Assembly (NCBI GenBank): GCA_963824245.1
Contig: CAWGON010000002.1
Location: 1,436,887-1,500,886, forward strand
Source: an uncultured Thermoleophilia bacterium
GTDB lineage: Bacteria; Actinomycetota; Thermoleophilia; Solirubrobacterales; 70-9
Length of the DNA: 64,000 bases
Direction of reading: 5' to 3'
Shown here: positions 36,282 through 45,837 of the stretch, piece after piece
Numbering within the stretch: the first letter of the stretch is position 1
Layout of the letters: each line of letters begins with the position of its first letter
Translations under genes and position numbers: made by a program
The notes under the pieces: generated by a model
Seen by the model: only the letters and a program-made list of their open reading frames with translations
What the model was told of the DNA's origin: nothing
The model's database searches: none

Positions 36282-37636
36282 GCACCCTGGCGCTGCGGCG
36301 CTTCGGCGGCTCCGGCAAGGCGAAGGGCCGCAAGAAGAAGACGGCCAAGCGCCGCGCCGCCGCCGTCTCCGCCGAGTACAGCCTGCTGCTGACCGCGACC
36401 CTCTGCCTGCTTGCGCTGGGCGCGGTGATGGTCTTCTCGGCCAGCTCGACGACCCGGATCCTGCAGAACGGCGGCCTCTCCGACAGCGCCTTCTACCTGA
36501 AGCGGACGCTGCTGTTCGGCGCCGTCGCGCTGCTGATCATGCACGTGGTCGCGCGCACCGGCCTGACCGCGATCCGCCGTCTCACGCCGATCTTCCTCGG
36601 TGGCTCGATCTTCCTCCTGGTCGTCGTCCTCGGCGCCGGCAACAGCGTCAACGGCGCCAGCCGCTGGATCGGCTCCGGCTTCCTGCAGATCCAGCCCTCC
36701 GAGGTCGCCAAGGTGGCGCTGATCCTCTACGGGGCCGATCTACTTTCTCGCAAGCCGGTGAGCGTGCGCTCGATCGAGGGGATGATGCCGTTCCTCCTCG
36801 TCGTCGGCGCCAGCTGCCTGCTGATCATGCTGCAGCCCGACATGGGGACGACGATGGTGATCGCCTTCTCCGTCGGGGCGACCCTGGTCGCCGCCGGGGC
36901 GCGACCGCGCGACCTCGGGATGCTGGCGCTCGGGATCGGCGTCCTGGCGCTGCTGCTGACGATCGTCGAGCCCTACCGGATGGCCCGCCTGACCGGCTTC
37001 CTCAACCCCGGCGACGACGTCCACGGGGCCGGTTTCCAGGCCGCCCAGGCGAAGATCGCGCTCGGCTCCGGCGGTCTCTTCGGGGTCGGGATCGGCAACG
37101 GCGTGCAGAAGGCCTTCTACCTGCCGGAGGCCCACACCGACATGATCTCGGCGGTGATCGGCGAGGAGCTCGGCCTGGTCGGGATCGTCGGCGTCGTCGG
37201 GCTCTTCGCGATGTTCGGCTACGCCGGCCTCAAAGTCGCCCAGAAAGCGCGCGACAACTACGGCAAGCTGCTGGTCTCCGGGCTGACCTCGCTGGTCCTC
37301 GTGCAGGCGACGATCAACCTCTTCGCGGTGATGGGGCTGGCGCCGCTGACGGGGGTGCCGCTGCCCTTCGTCTCCTACGGCAACAGCAGCCTGATGGCCT
37401 CGCTGTTCGCGGTCGGGCTGATCCTCAACGTCGCCCGCGGGGGCACCGCCTCGGCGGCGCGCGCTTCTACGGGGTCCCGCGCTGGCAAACTGCGCGTCGT
37501 CGAAGGCGGCCGTGGGCCCGCCCGTGAAAGGAGTCGATCGAGCGGTGCCAGGAAAGCCAAGAGTGGTGGTGGCGGCGGGGGGAACCGCGGGCCACGTCGT
37601 TCCCGCCATGGCGGTCGCCGACGAGCTTCGGGCTAG
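36278..37636 (+). CDS. ftsW: Cell-division glycosyltransferase FtsW (SEDS family) with an R/G-rich C-terminal tail
   Basis: Multi-TM protein with FLQIQPSEVAKV, QPDMGT, EAHTDMI and PLTGVPLPFVSYGNSS. The GTGA overlap links it to murD. The tail overlaps the murG start by about 90 nt. Confidence 0.88.
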   Translation: MSTLALRRFGGSGKAKGRKKKTAKRRAAAVSAEYSLLLTATLCLLALGAVMVFSASSTTRILQNGGLSDSAFYLKRTLLFGAVALLIMHVVARTGLTAIRRLTPIFLGGSIFLLVVVLGAGNSVNGASRWIGSGFLQIQPSEVAKVALILYGADLLSRKPVSVRSIEGMMPFLLVVGASCLLIMLQPDMGTTMVIAFSVGATLVAAGARPRDLGMLALGIGVLALLLTIVEPYRMARLTGFLNPGDDVHGAGFQAAQAKIALGSGGLFGVGIGNGVQKAFYLPEAHTDMISAVIGEELGLVGIVGVVGLFAMFGYAGLKVAQKARDNYGKLLVSGLTSLVLVQATINLFAVMGLAPLTGVPLPFVSYGNSSLMASLFAVGLILNVARGGTASAARASTGSRAGKLRVVEGGRGPARERSRSSGARKAKSGGGGGGNRGPRRSRHGGRRRASG

Positions 37637-38636
37637 CGGCGCCGCGGTCAGCTTCCTCGGCACGCGCGAGCGGATCGAGGCCGAGCTGGTCCCCGCGGCC
37701 GGCTACGAGATCGACTTCGTCAAGGTTCGCGGGATCGACCGCGGCAACCCGCTGCGGGCGGCCCGGGCGGGCCTGGAGGCGCTGGCCGCGGTCGGCGCGG
37801 CGCGCAAGGCCCTGCGCCGGCGCGGCGCCGACGTGGTGATGGGCGGCGGCGGCTTCGTCGCCGGTCCGGCCGGCCTGGCCGCGGTGGCGGCGCGGACGCC
37901 GCTGGTGCTGACCGAGGCCGACAGCCACATGGGCCTCGCCAACCGCCTGCTGGCGGCCCGCGCGCGGCGGGTCTGCCTCGCCTTCCCGATCCCCGGGCGC
38001 GAGGGCGGGCGCTACGAGCTGACCGGGCGCCCGGTCCCGGCTGCGGTGCTCGGGGCCGACCGGGCGGCGGCGCGGGAGCGCTTCGGGATCGCCCCGGGGG
38101 CCGGCTGCCTGCTCGTCTTCGGCGGCAGCCAGGGCGCCCGCTCGATCAACTTCGCCGCGCTCGAGGCCTTCGCCGAGCGGGCGGGCCGCGACTTCGACGT
38201 GATCCACCTCAGCGGCCGCCGCGACCACGAGGAGCTGGCGGCGCGGCTGGCGGCGGCGTCGCACGGCGAGCGCTACCGGCTGCTCGCCTACGAGCCCGGC
38301 CTCGGCGAGGTCCTGGCGGCGTCCGACCTCGTGCTCGGCCGCTCCGGCGGCTCGATCTTCGAACTGACCGCGGCCGGGCGGCCGTCGATCCTCGTGCCCT
38401 ACCCGCACGCGACCGCCGACCACCAGGCCGCCAACGCCGAGTGGATGCGCGAGCAGGGGGCGGCGAGCGTGATCGCCGACGCCGAGCTCAGCGCCGACCT
38501 GCTGCAGCGCCAGGTCGGCCGGCTGCTCGGCGATCCCGGACGGCTGGAGGAGATGGCGGCGGCGGCGCGGCGGATCGCCAGGCCCGACGCCGCCCGGCGG
38601 ATCGCCGACCTGGTTCTGGAGGCGGCGGATGTCTAG
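37545..38636 (+). CDS. murG: UDP-N-acetylglucosamine--N-acetylmuramyl-(pentapeptide) pyrophosphoryl-undecaprenol GlcNAc transferase
   Basis: AAGGTAGHVVPAMAVA, FGGSQGA, and synteny. The GTG at 37545 lies 11 nt after AAGGAG. The ORF is open from 37512. Confidence 0.88.
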   Translation: MPGKPRVVVAAGGTAGHVVPAMAVADELRASGAAVSFLGTRERIEAELVPAAGYEIDFVKVRGIDRGNPLRAARAGLEALAAVGAARKALRRRGADVVMGGGGFVAGPAGLAAVAARTPLVLTEADSHMGLANRLLAARARRVCLAFPIPGREGGRYELTGRPVPAAVLGADRAAARERFGIAPGAGCLLVFGGSQGARSINFAALEAFAERAGRDFDVIHLSGRRDHEELAARLAAASHGERYRLLAYEPGLGEVLAASDLVLGRSGGSIFELTAAGRPSILVPYPHATADHQAANAEWMREQGAASVIADAELSADLLQRQVGRLLGDPGRLEEMAAAARRIARPDAARRIADLVLEAADV

Positions 38637-39975
38637 CGACTGGAGCGGGCGCCGGCTGCACTTCATCGGCATCGGCGGTGCCGGGATGAGCGGGCTGGCG
38701 CTGGTCTGCGCCCGGCTCGGCGCCGCCGTGACCGGCAGCGACCGCAGCGAGTCCTCTTATATGGAGCGCCTGCGCGCCGCCGGGCTGGAGCCGGCGGTCG
38801 GCCACGACGCCGCCAACCTGCCGGCGGGGGCGGAGGTGGTGGTCTCGACCGCGATCGGCGCCGAGAACCCGGAGCTGGCGCTGGCCCGCGAGCGCGGCAT
38901 CGAGCCGATCCACCGCGGCGCCCTGCTGGCCGAGCTCTGCGCCGAGAAGCGGCTGATCGCGATCGGCGGCACCCACGGCAAGACGACGACGACGGCGATG
39001 GCGGTCTGGGCGCTGCGCGCGCTCGGCGCCGACCCCGCCTTCTTCGTCGGCGGCGAGGTCCCCGGGCTCGGCCCGGGGGGAGAGGCGGCGAACGCCGGCT
39101 GGGGCGAGGGCGAGTGGGTGGTCGCCGAGGCCGACGAGAGCGACGGCAGCTTCCTCGACCTGCGTCCCGAGGTGGCCGTCGTCACCAACGTCGAGATGGA
39201 CCACCACGCGCGCTGGGGTTCGCTGGAGGAGCTGCGCGGCGCCTTCCGCCAGTTCGTCGCTCCGGCCGCGGCGGTGGTCGCCCCGGCAAGCGGCGAGGGA
39301 CACGAGCTCGGCGCCGGCAAGCGCCGGGCCGGGTTCGACGAGGCCCAGCCCGGCCCCCGGCAGCTGCCGCTGGCGGTCCCGGGCGATCACAACCGCCGCA
39401 ACGCCCGCGCCGCCCTGGCCGCGATCGGGTTCGCGCTCGGGACCGATTCCGAGCCCGGCCCGGAGGGCCTGATGGCCGCGGCGGCTCCGGCGCTCGCCGA
39501 CTTCCCCGGGGTGCGGCGCCGGCTGGAGCTGAAGGGCCGCTTCGGCGAGGCCCGGGTCTACGACGACTACGCGCACCACCCGACCGAGGTCCGCGCCGCC
39601 CTCTCGGCCCTGCGCGAGCTCGATCCCGAGCGCCTGGTCGCCGTCTTCCAGCCCCACCTCTACTCGCGGACCAAGGCGTTCGGCGAGGAGTTCGGCGCCG
39701 CCCTCGCCCTCGCCGACGAGGCCGTCGTCCTCGACGTCTACCCGGCCCGCGAGGAGCCGGTCGGCGAGCTGGCCGGGGTCAGCGGCCTGCGGGTCGCCGA
39801 GGCGGCGGCCGAGCGGATGGGTGGCCGCCGGGTCGCCTGGCTGCCCGGCGCCGGGTCCGCCGAGCGCTACCTGGAGGCCCGGCTCGACCGCGGCGCCGGC
39901 ACGGTGCTGGTCACGCTCGGCGCCGGCGACGTCTTCCGGCTCGGCGAGGCGCTGGTCGCGCGGGGCGGCCCGTGA
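38629..39975 (+). CDS. murC: UDP-N-acetylmuramate--L-alanine ligase
   Basis: HFIGIGGAGMSGLA and GGTHGKTTTT. It is intact at 448 aa. Confidence 0.9.
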   Translation: MSSDWSGRRLHFIGIGGAGMSGLALVCARLGAAVTGSDRSESSYMERLRAAGLEPAVGHDAANLPAGAEVVVSTAIGAENPELALARERGIEPIHRGALLAELCAEKRLIAIGGTHGKTTTTAMAVWALRALGADPAFFVGGEVPGLGPGGEAANAGWGEGEWVVAEADESDGSFLDLRPEVAVVTNVEMDHHARWGSLEELRGAFRQFVAPAAAVVAPASGEGHELGAGKRRAGFDEAQPGPRQLPLAVPGDHNRRNARAALAAIGFALGTDSEPGPEGLMAAAAPALADFPGVRRRLELKGRFGEARVYDDYAHHPTEVRAALSALRELDPERLVAVFQPHLYSRTKAFGEEFGAALALADEAVVLDVYPAREEPVGELAGVSGLRVAEAAAERMGGRRVAWLPGAGSAERYLEARLDRGAGTVLVTLGAGDVFRLGEALVARGGP

Positions 39976-40886
39976 GCGCGCCGCCGCCCGGGCTGCGCCA
40001 GGGGGAGCCGCTGGCGCCGCTGACCAAAGTCCGCACCGGCGGCGCCGCCGACTGGTTCCTCGCCGCCGGCGACGCCGAGGCCGTGGTCGCGGCCTTGCGC
40101 TGGGCCCGCGAGGAGGGCCACGCCGTAGGACTGGTCGGCTCCGGCTCGAACCTGCTGGTAGCCGACGATGGATTCCACGGGCTCGCGATCAAGCTGGAGG
40201 GCGACCTCGCCGCGTTTACGCGCGAGGGCGAGCGCGTGCTTGCCGGCGGCGCCGCGCGGCTGCCGTCGGTCGCCGCGAAAACCGCTGCCTGGGGGCTCAC
40301 CGGGCTCGAGTTCGGCGTCAACATCCCCGGCACGGTCGGCGGCTCGGTGCGGATGAACGCGAACGCCTACGGCGGCCAGCTGGCCCGGGTGCTGGAGTGG
40401 GTCGAGGTCTGCACCGCGGCCGGCAGCGAGCGCCGCGGCCCCGACCGGCTCGGCTTCGCCTACCGCGAGTCGAACCTGGGGGAGGGTGAGGTGGTCAGCC
40501 GCGCCGGCTTCCGCCTGCGCCCGCGCGACCCCGACGAGATCCGCGCCACCCTGGCGACGATGCGGGCCCGCCGCCGCGAGGACCAGCCCTCGGGGATCAA
40601 GACCTTCGGCTCGACCTTCAAGAACCCCGACGACCCGGGCGCCGGGGGGCGCAGCGCCGGCCAGCTGCTCGACGCCGCCGGCTGCCGCGGCCTCGCCCGC
40701 GGCGGCGCCCGCTTCTCGCCCGTGCACGCCAACTTCGTCGAGAACTTCGACGGCGCCAGCACCGCGGACGTGCTGGAGCTGATGGCCGAGGGCCGGCGCC
40801 GGGTCCACGAGCGCACCGGCGTCGTCCTCGAACCGGAGGTCCAGGTGCTGGGCGAGGTGAGCTGGCCCGGCGGCTGGGAGCTGTGA
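39972..40886 (+). CDS. murB: UDP-N-acetylenolpyruvoylglucosamine reductase
   Basis: GSGSNLLV, GTVGGSVRMNANAYG, GSTFKNP, and synteny. The GTGA overlap links it to murC. Confidence 0.88.
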   Translation: MSAPPPGLRQGEPLAPLTKVRTGGAADWFLAAGDAEAVVAALRWAREEGHAVGLVGSGSNLLVADDGFHGLAIKLEGDLAAFTREGERVLAGGAARLPSVAAKTAAWGLTGLEFGVNIPGTVGGSVRMNANAYGGQLARVLEWVEVCTAAGSERRGPDRLGFAYRESNLGEGEVVSRAGFRLRPRDPDEIRATLATMRARRREDQPSGIKTFGSTFKNPDDPGAGGRSAGQLLDAAGCRGLARGGARFSPVHANFVENFDGASTADVLELMAEGRRRVHERTGVVLEPEVQVLGEVSWPGGWEL

Positions 40887-41410
40887 GGCGCGCGCTCGCG
40901 GTCCTCGCCGCGATCCTGGTCGTGGCCGCCGCCGGCTACTACCTGGTGGTCCGCGACACCGTGGTCACCCCGCGGCTGCAGGGCCTCGGCTTGGCGGCGA
41001 CGATCGGCGAAGGCGAGGACGCGGTCGCGGTCAGCTCCAGCGGCGAGGTGCTGACCTGGCTGGACCTGCCGGAAGGCTTCGCCCTGCCGCGGCTACCGCT
41101 CGAGCAGCCGCCGAAGGGTGGCCGGTTGAAGGGGCCGGCGCTGGACCAGGCGCGGGTGCTGGGGTCGGTGCCGCCGGCCTTCCGTCCTTATGTGGTCGGC
41201 AGCCACTATGGCGAGAACGGGGTCGAGGTCGAGCTCGACAACGGGATCGAGCTGATCTTCGGCGACGCTTCGCAGGCCGCGCTGAAGTGGAAGGGCGCCG
41301 CCACGGTCCTCGCCGATCCGGAAATCGAAGCGCTCGATTATGTGAACCTGCTCTCTCCGGGCCGGCCCACGTACGGAGGCGAAGGGCACCTGCTGCCGCC
41401 GCTTCCCTGA
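40883..41410 (+). CDS. ftsQ: Short FtsQ/DivIB-like protein
   Basis: The position before ftsZ fits FtsQ. It has an N-terminal TM ALAVLAAILVVAAAGYYLVV plus a small extracytoplasmic domain. At 175 aa it is shorter than typical FtsQ. Confidence 0.5.
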   Translation: MRRALAVLAAILVVAAAGYYLVVRDTVVTPRLQGLGLAATIGEGEDAVAVSSSGEVLTWLDLPEGFALPRLPLEQPPKGGRLKGPALDQARVLGSVPPAFRPYVVGSHYGENGVEVELDNGIELIFGDASQAALKWKGAATVLADPEIEALDYVNLLSPGRPTYGGEGHLLPPLP

Positions 41411-41511
41411 GCCCAAAGAGCGCTCACGGCCAAGGCTCGACCTTAGAGTGAGAGTGGCCAAAGTCTCAAGTCATGGTCGAGACTCTGGGCTGCACGATGC
41501 CGTTCGGCCGT

Positions 41512-41540
41512 TTGACAGAGGCGCCAGAATGCCCTACGTT
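41512..41540 (+). promoter_or_regulatory. Candidate sigma-70-type promoter in the comparatively AT-rich ftsQ-ftsZ spacer
   Basis: TTGACA (41512-41517), a 17-nt spacer, then TACGTT (41535-41540). The GGGAG RBS precedes the ftsZ ATG. Confidence 0.45.
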
Positions 41541-41684
41541 GAGCGCAATTTCCGTGCTTGAAGCGAATGCCTGAACCCTTGAGCATCGCTGAAGGCTCGG
41601 ACAGAACTAGGGCTCAACTCAAAACCAAGACTTGGCTATAGCGCCGCTTCCCCCCCGGAGTGGCGCAGCTGGAGAAATCGGGAG

Positions 41685-42764
41685 ATGGAATCCACTTACC
41701 TCGCGGTCATTAAGGTCGTCGGCGCCGGCGGCGGTGGCACCAATGCGGTCAGCCGCATGATCGATGCCGGCATTCGCGGCGTCGAGTTCGTCGCCGTCAA
41801 CACCGACGCGCAGGCTCTGCAGGCCTGTGACGCCGACATCAAGCTCTCGATCGGGCAGGAGCTGACGCGCGGCCTCGGCGCCGGCGGCAACCCCGAGGTC
41901 GGGGCCGGCGCCGCGGCGGAGAGTCGCGACGAGATCAAGGAGGCGCTGAAGGGCGCCGACATGGTCTTCGTCACCGCCGGCGAGGGCGGTGGCACCGGCA
42001 CCGGCTCGGCGCCGGTGATCGCCGAGATCGCCAAGGAAGAGATCGGCGCCCTCACCGTCGGCGCGGTCACCAAGCCCTTCGAGTTCGAGGGCAAACGGCG
42101 GATGCAGCAGGCGCTCGAGGGAATCGAGAAACTGCGCAACAACGTCGACACCCTGATCATCGTCCCGAACGAGAAGCTGCTGCAGGCGGTCGAGCGGCGG
42201 ACCAGCGTCCTCGACGCCTTCCGCCAGGCCGACGACATCCTCCGCCAGGGCGTCCAGGGCATCACCGACCTGATCACGATCCCCGGCCTGATCAACCTCG
42301 ACTTCGCCGACGTGCGCACGATCATGCGCGACGCCGGCTCGGCGCTGATGGGGGTCGGCACCGCCTCCGGCGAGAAACGCGCCCTGGATGCCGCCAAACT
42401 GGCGATCACCTCGCCGCTGATCGAGGAGTCGATCAAAGGCGCGACCGGGATGCTGCTGAACATCACCGGCCCCGAGGACCTCGGCCTGTTCGAGGTCAAC
42501 GAGGCCGCGCAGCTGGTCCAGGCCGAGGCCGACGACAACGCCAACATCATCTTCGGCTCGGTCGTCGACCAGTCGATGGGCGACGAAATCCGGGTCACCG
42601 TGATCGCCACCGGCTTCGAGGGCTTCGAGCTCCTCGCCCGCTCGCCGCAGCGGGTCCGGCGTCGCTACGAGAGCCGCCCGCGGGTCTCGGCGGAGGACAC
42701 CGACATTCGGAAACTCCGGGTTTCGGATGACGACATCGACGTGCCCGGCTTCTTGAAGGAATAG
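41685..42764 (+). CDS. ftsZ: Cell division protein FtsZ
   Basis: [10 protein letters not shown] and [13 protein letters not shown] (tubulin signature), NTDAQAL, and the C-terminal [10 protein letters not shown]. Confidence 0.95.
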   Translation: MESTYLAVIKVVGAGGGGTNAVSRMIDAGIRGVEFVAVNTDAQALQACDADIKLSIGQELTRGLGAGGNPEVGAGAAAESRDEIKEALKGADMVFVTAGEGGGTGTGSAPVIAEIAKEEIGALTVGAVTKPFEFEGKRRMQQALEGIEKLRNNVDTLIIVPNEKLLQAVERRTSVLDAFRQADDILRQGVQGITDLITIPGLINLDFADVRTIMRDAGSALMGVGTASGEKRALDAAKLAITSPLIEESIKGATGMLLNITGPEDLGLFEVNEAAQLVQAEADDNANIIFGSVVDQSMGDEIRVTVIATGFEGFELLARSPQRVRRRYESRPRVSAEDTDIRKLRVSDDDIDVPGFLKE

Positions 42765-42782
42765 CTCCGATCAGGTGGCGGA

Positions 42783-42852
42783 GGGACCGGGTGTGGGTCC
42801 CTCCTGCCGCTGCTTCGCAGGAGTTCGTCAGGAGGGACCCACGCCCGGTCCC
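42783..42852. repeat. Nested inverted repeat downstream of ftsZ and upstream of gcvT (possible dcw terminator)
   Basis: gggaccgggtgtgggtccctcctg (42783-42806) pairs with caggagggacccacgcccggtccc (42829-42852) with 1 mismatch. Each arm is also itself a GGGACC/GGTCCC hairpin. Confidence 0.55.
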
Positions 42853-42882
42853 ACGGCACGCCTGCCGGTGCTCGCGCTGAAA

Positions 42883-42888
42883 TAGGCT
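42883..42888 (+). promoter_or_regulatory. -10-like TAGGCT, 7 nt upstream of the gcvT GTG (possible leaderless)
   Basis: The sequence reads aaTAGGCT-gggacgc-GTG(42896). Confidence 0.35.
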
Positions 42889-42895
42889 GGGACGC

Positions 42896-43978
42896 GTGAG
42901 CGACTCCGCGAGCCGACGCACGCCTCTCTACGAGCAGCATGTTGACCTTGGGGCGAAGTTGGTCCCCTTTGCCGGGTGGGAGATGCCGGTGACGTATGAG
43001 GGGATTCGGGAGGAGCACTCGGCGGTCCGCACCCACGTCGGGATGTTCGACGTCTCGCACATGGGCGAGGTCGAGGTCGAGGGCCCGGGCGCGCTCGCCT
43101 TCCTCCAGCGCACGCTCTCCAACGACGTCGCCGCGATCGCGATCGGCGGCGCCCAGTACTCCTGTCTCTGCAATGAGGACGGCGGGGTCATCGACGATCT
43201 CTTCGCCTACCGGCTCGGCGGCGACCGCTACCTGATCGTCACCAACGCCGCCAACCACGCGACCGACCTCGCCTGGCTCGGCCGCCACAGCCGCGAGTTC
43301 GACGTCAGCGTCCGCGACGTCGCCGACCGCTACGCGATGCTCGCCGTCCAGGGCCCGCACGCCCGCGCGGTGCTGGGGGCGGCGCTGCGGATCGAGTTGC
43401 CGCCGCGCTTCCACGTCGCCGCCGTGAAGATCGGCCGCCGCCCGGCGCTGGTCGCCGGCACCGGCTACACCGGCGAGGACGGGGTCGAGGTCATGATCGA
43501 CCCCGAGGTCGCGGCGCCGATCTGGACCGAGCTGCTGGACGCCGGCGTGGTCCCCTGCGGGCTCGGCGCCCGCGACACCCTGCGGCTGGAGGTCTGTTAC
43601 CCGCTGCACGGCAACGAGCTCTCGCCCGAGCGCAGCCCGATCGAGGCCGGGCTCGGCTGGTGCTGCAAGGAGGCGACGGGGTTCGTCGGCTCCGAGGCGG
43701 TCGCCGCCGCCCGCGCCGGCGGCACCGCCGAGCGGCTGGCGCCGTTCCTGATCGAGGGCGCCGGCATCCCCCGCGACGGCAACCCGGTCCTGGCCGGCGG
43801 CGAGGCGGTCGGCGCGGTCAGCAGCGGCACCTACTCGCCCTCGCTGGAGCGCGGCGCCGGGATGGCCTACCTCCGCAGCCACCTCGCCGAGCCGGGGGCC
43901 GAGGTCGAGATCGACGTCCGCGGCAAGCATCGTCCCGCCCGGATAGCTTCCAAGCCCCTCTACCGCAAAAGGAGCTGA
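42896..43978 (+). CDS. gcvT: Glycine cleavage system aminomethyltransferase T
   Basis: GWEMPVTYEGIREEH, MFDVSHMGE, GYTGEDGVE and ARDTLRLE. Confidence 0.92.
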   Translation: MSDSASRRTPLYEQHVDLGAKLVPFAGWEMPVTYEGIREEHSAVRTHVGMFDVSHMGEVEVEGPGALAFLQRTLSNDVAAIAIGGAQYSCLCNEDGGVIDDLFAYRLGGDRYLIVTNAANHATDLAWLGRHSREFDVSVRDVADRYAMLAVQGPHARAVLGAALRIELPPRFHVAAVKIGRRPALVAGTGYTGEDGVEVMIDPEVAAPIWTELLDAGVVPCGLGARDTLRLEVCYPLHGNELSPERSPIEAGLGWCCKEATGFVGSEAVAAARAGGTAERLAPFLIEGAGIPRDGNPVLAGGEAVGAVSSGTYSPSLERGAGMAYLRSHLAEPGAEVEIDVRGKHRPARIASKPLYRKRS

Positions 43979-43979
43979 A

Positions 43980-44372
43980 TTGGCCGAGCCGAGCTACCCA
44001 GAGGATCTGCGCTACCACGACCAGCACGACTGGGTCCGCCTGGACGGCGACGAGCACGCCTACTTCGGGGTCACCTGGTACGCCCAGGACTCGCTCGGCG
44101 AGGTCGTCTTCTACGAGGCGCCGGAGCTCGGCGCGACGGTTCAGAAGGACGCCTCCTACGCCGAGGTCGAGTCGGTCAAGGCGGTCTCCGACGTGATCGC
44201 GCCGATGTCCGGTGAGATCGTCGAGATCAACGAGAGCCTCGGCAAGACGCCGGAGAAGATCAACGAGGACCCCTACGGCGAGGGCTGGATGGTCAAGGTC
44301 AAGCTGACCGCGCCGGAGGAGGCCGAGGCGCTGCTCTCCGCCGCCGAGTACCGCAAGTTGCTGGATTCCTAG
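43980..44372 (+). CDS. gcvH: Glycine cleavage system protein H
   Basis: The lipoyl-lysine context is EVESVKAVSDVIAPMSGE. It also has NEDPYGEGWM. The start is TTG. Confidence 0.9.
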   Translation: MAEPSYPEDLRYHDQHDWVRLDGDEHAYFGVTWYAQDSLGEVVFYEAPELGATVQKDASYAEVESVKAVSDVIAPMSGEIVEINESLGKTPEKINEDPYGEGWMVKVKLTAPEEAEALLSAAEYRKLLDS

Positions 44373-44412
44373 GCCGGCGCCCCGGCACCCGCTTCCGTAG
44401 CCTTATGACGCA

Positions 44413-45836
<1,424 letters not shown>

Positions 45837-45837
<1 letters not shown>

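Noticed and set aside
41411-41684. Missing ftsA, or a small protein gene, in the ftsQ-ftsZ spacer
   Set aside because: No ORF of meaningful length or with a coding-like composition is present. The region looks like a promoter/5'-UTR segment.
42765-42895. Glycine riboswitch upstream of gcvT
   Set aside because: One might be expected from precedent in other bacteria. However, the spacer lacks the conserved GGAGAG...CACCGAAGGGGCAA...CTCAGGC...GGAC elements and is filled by an unrelated inverted repeat.
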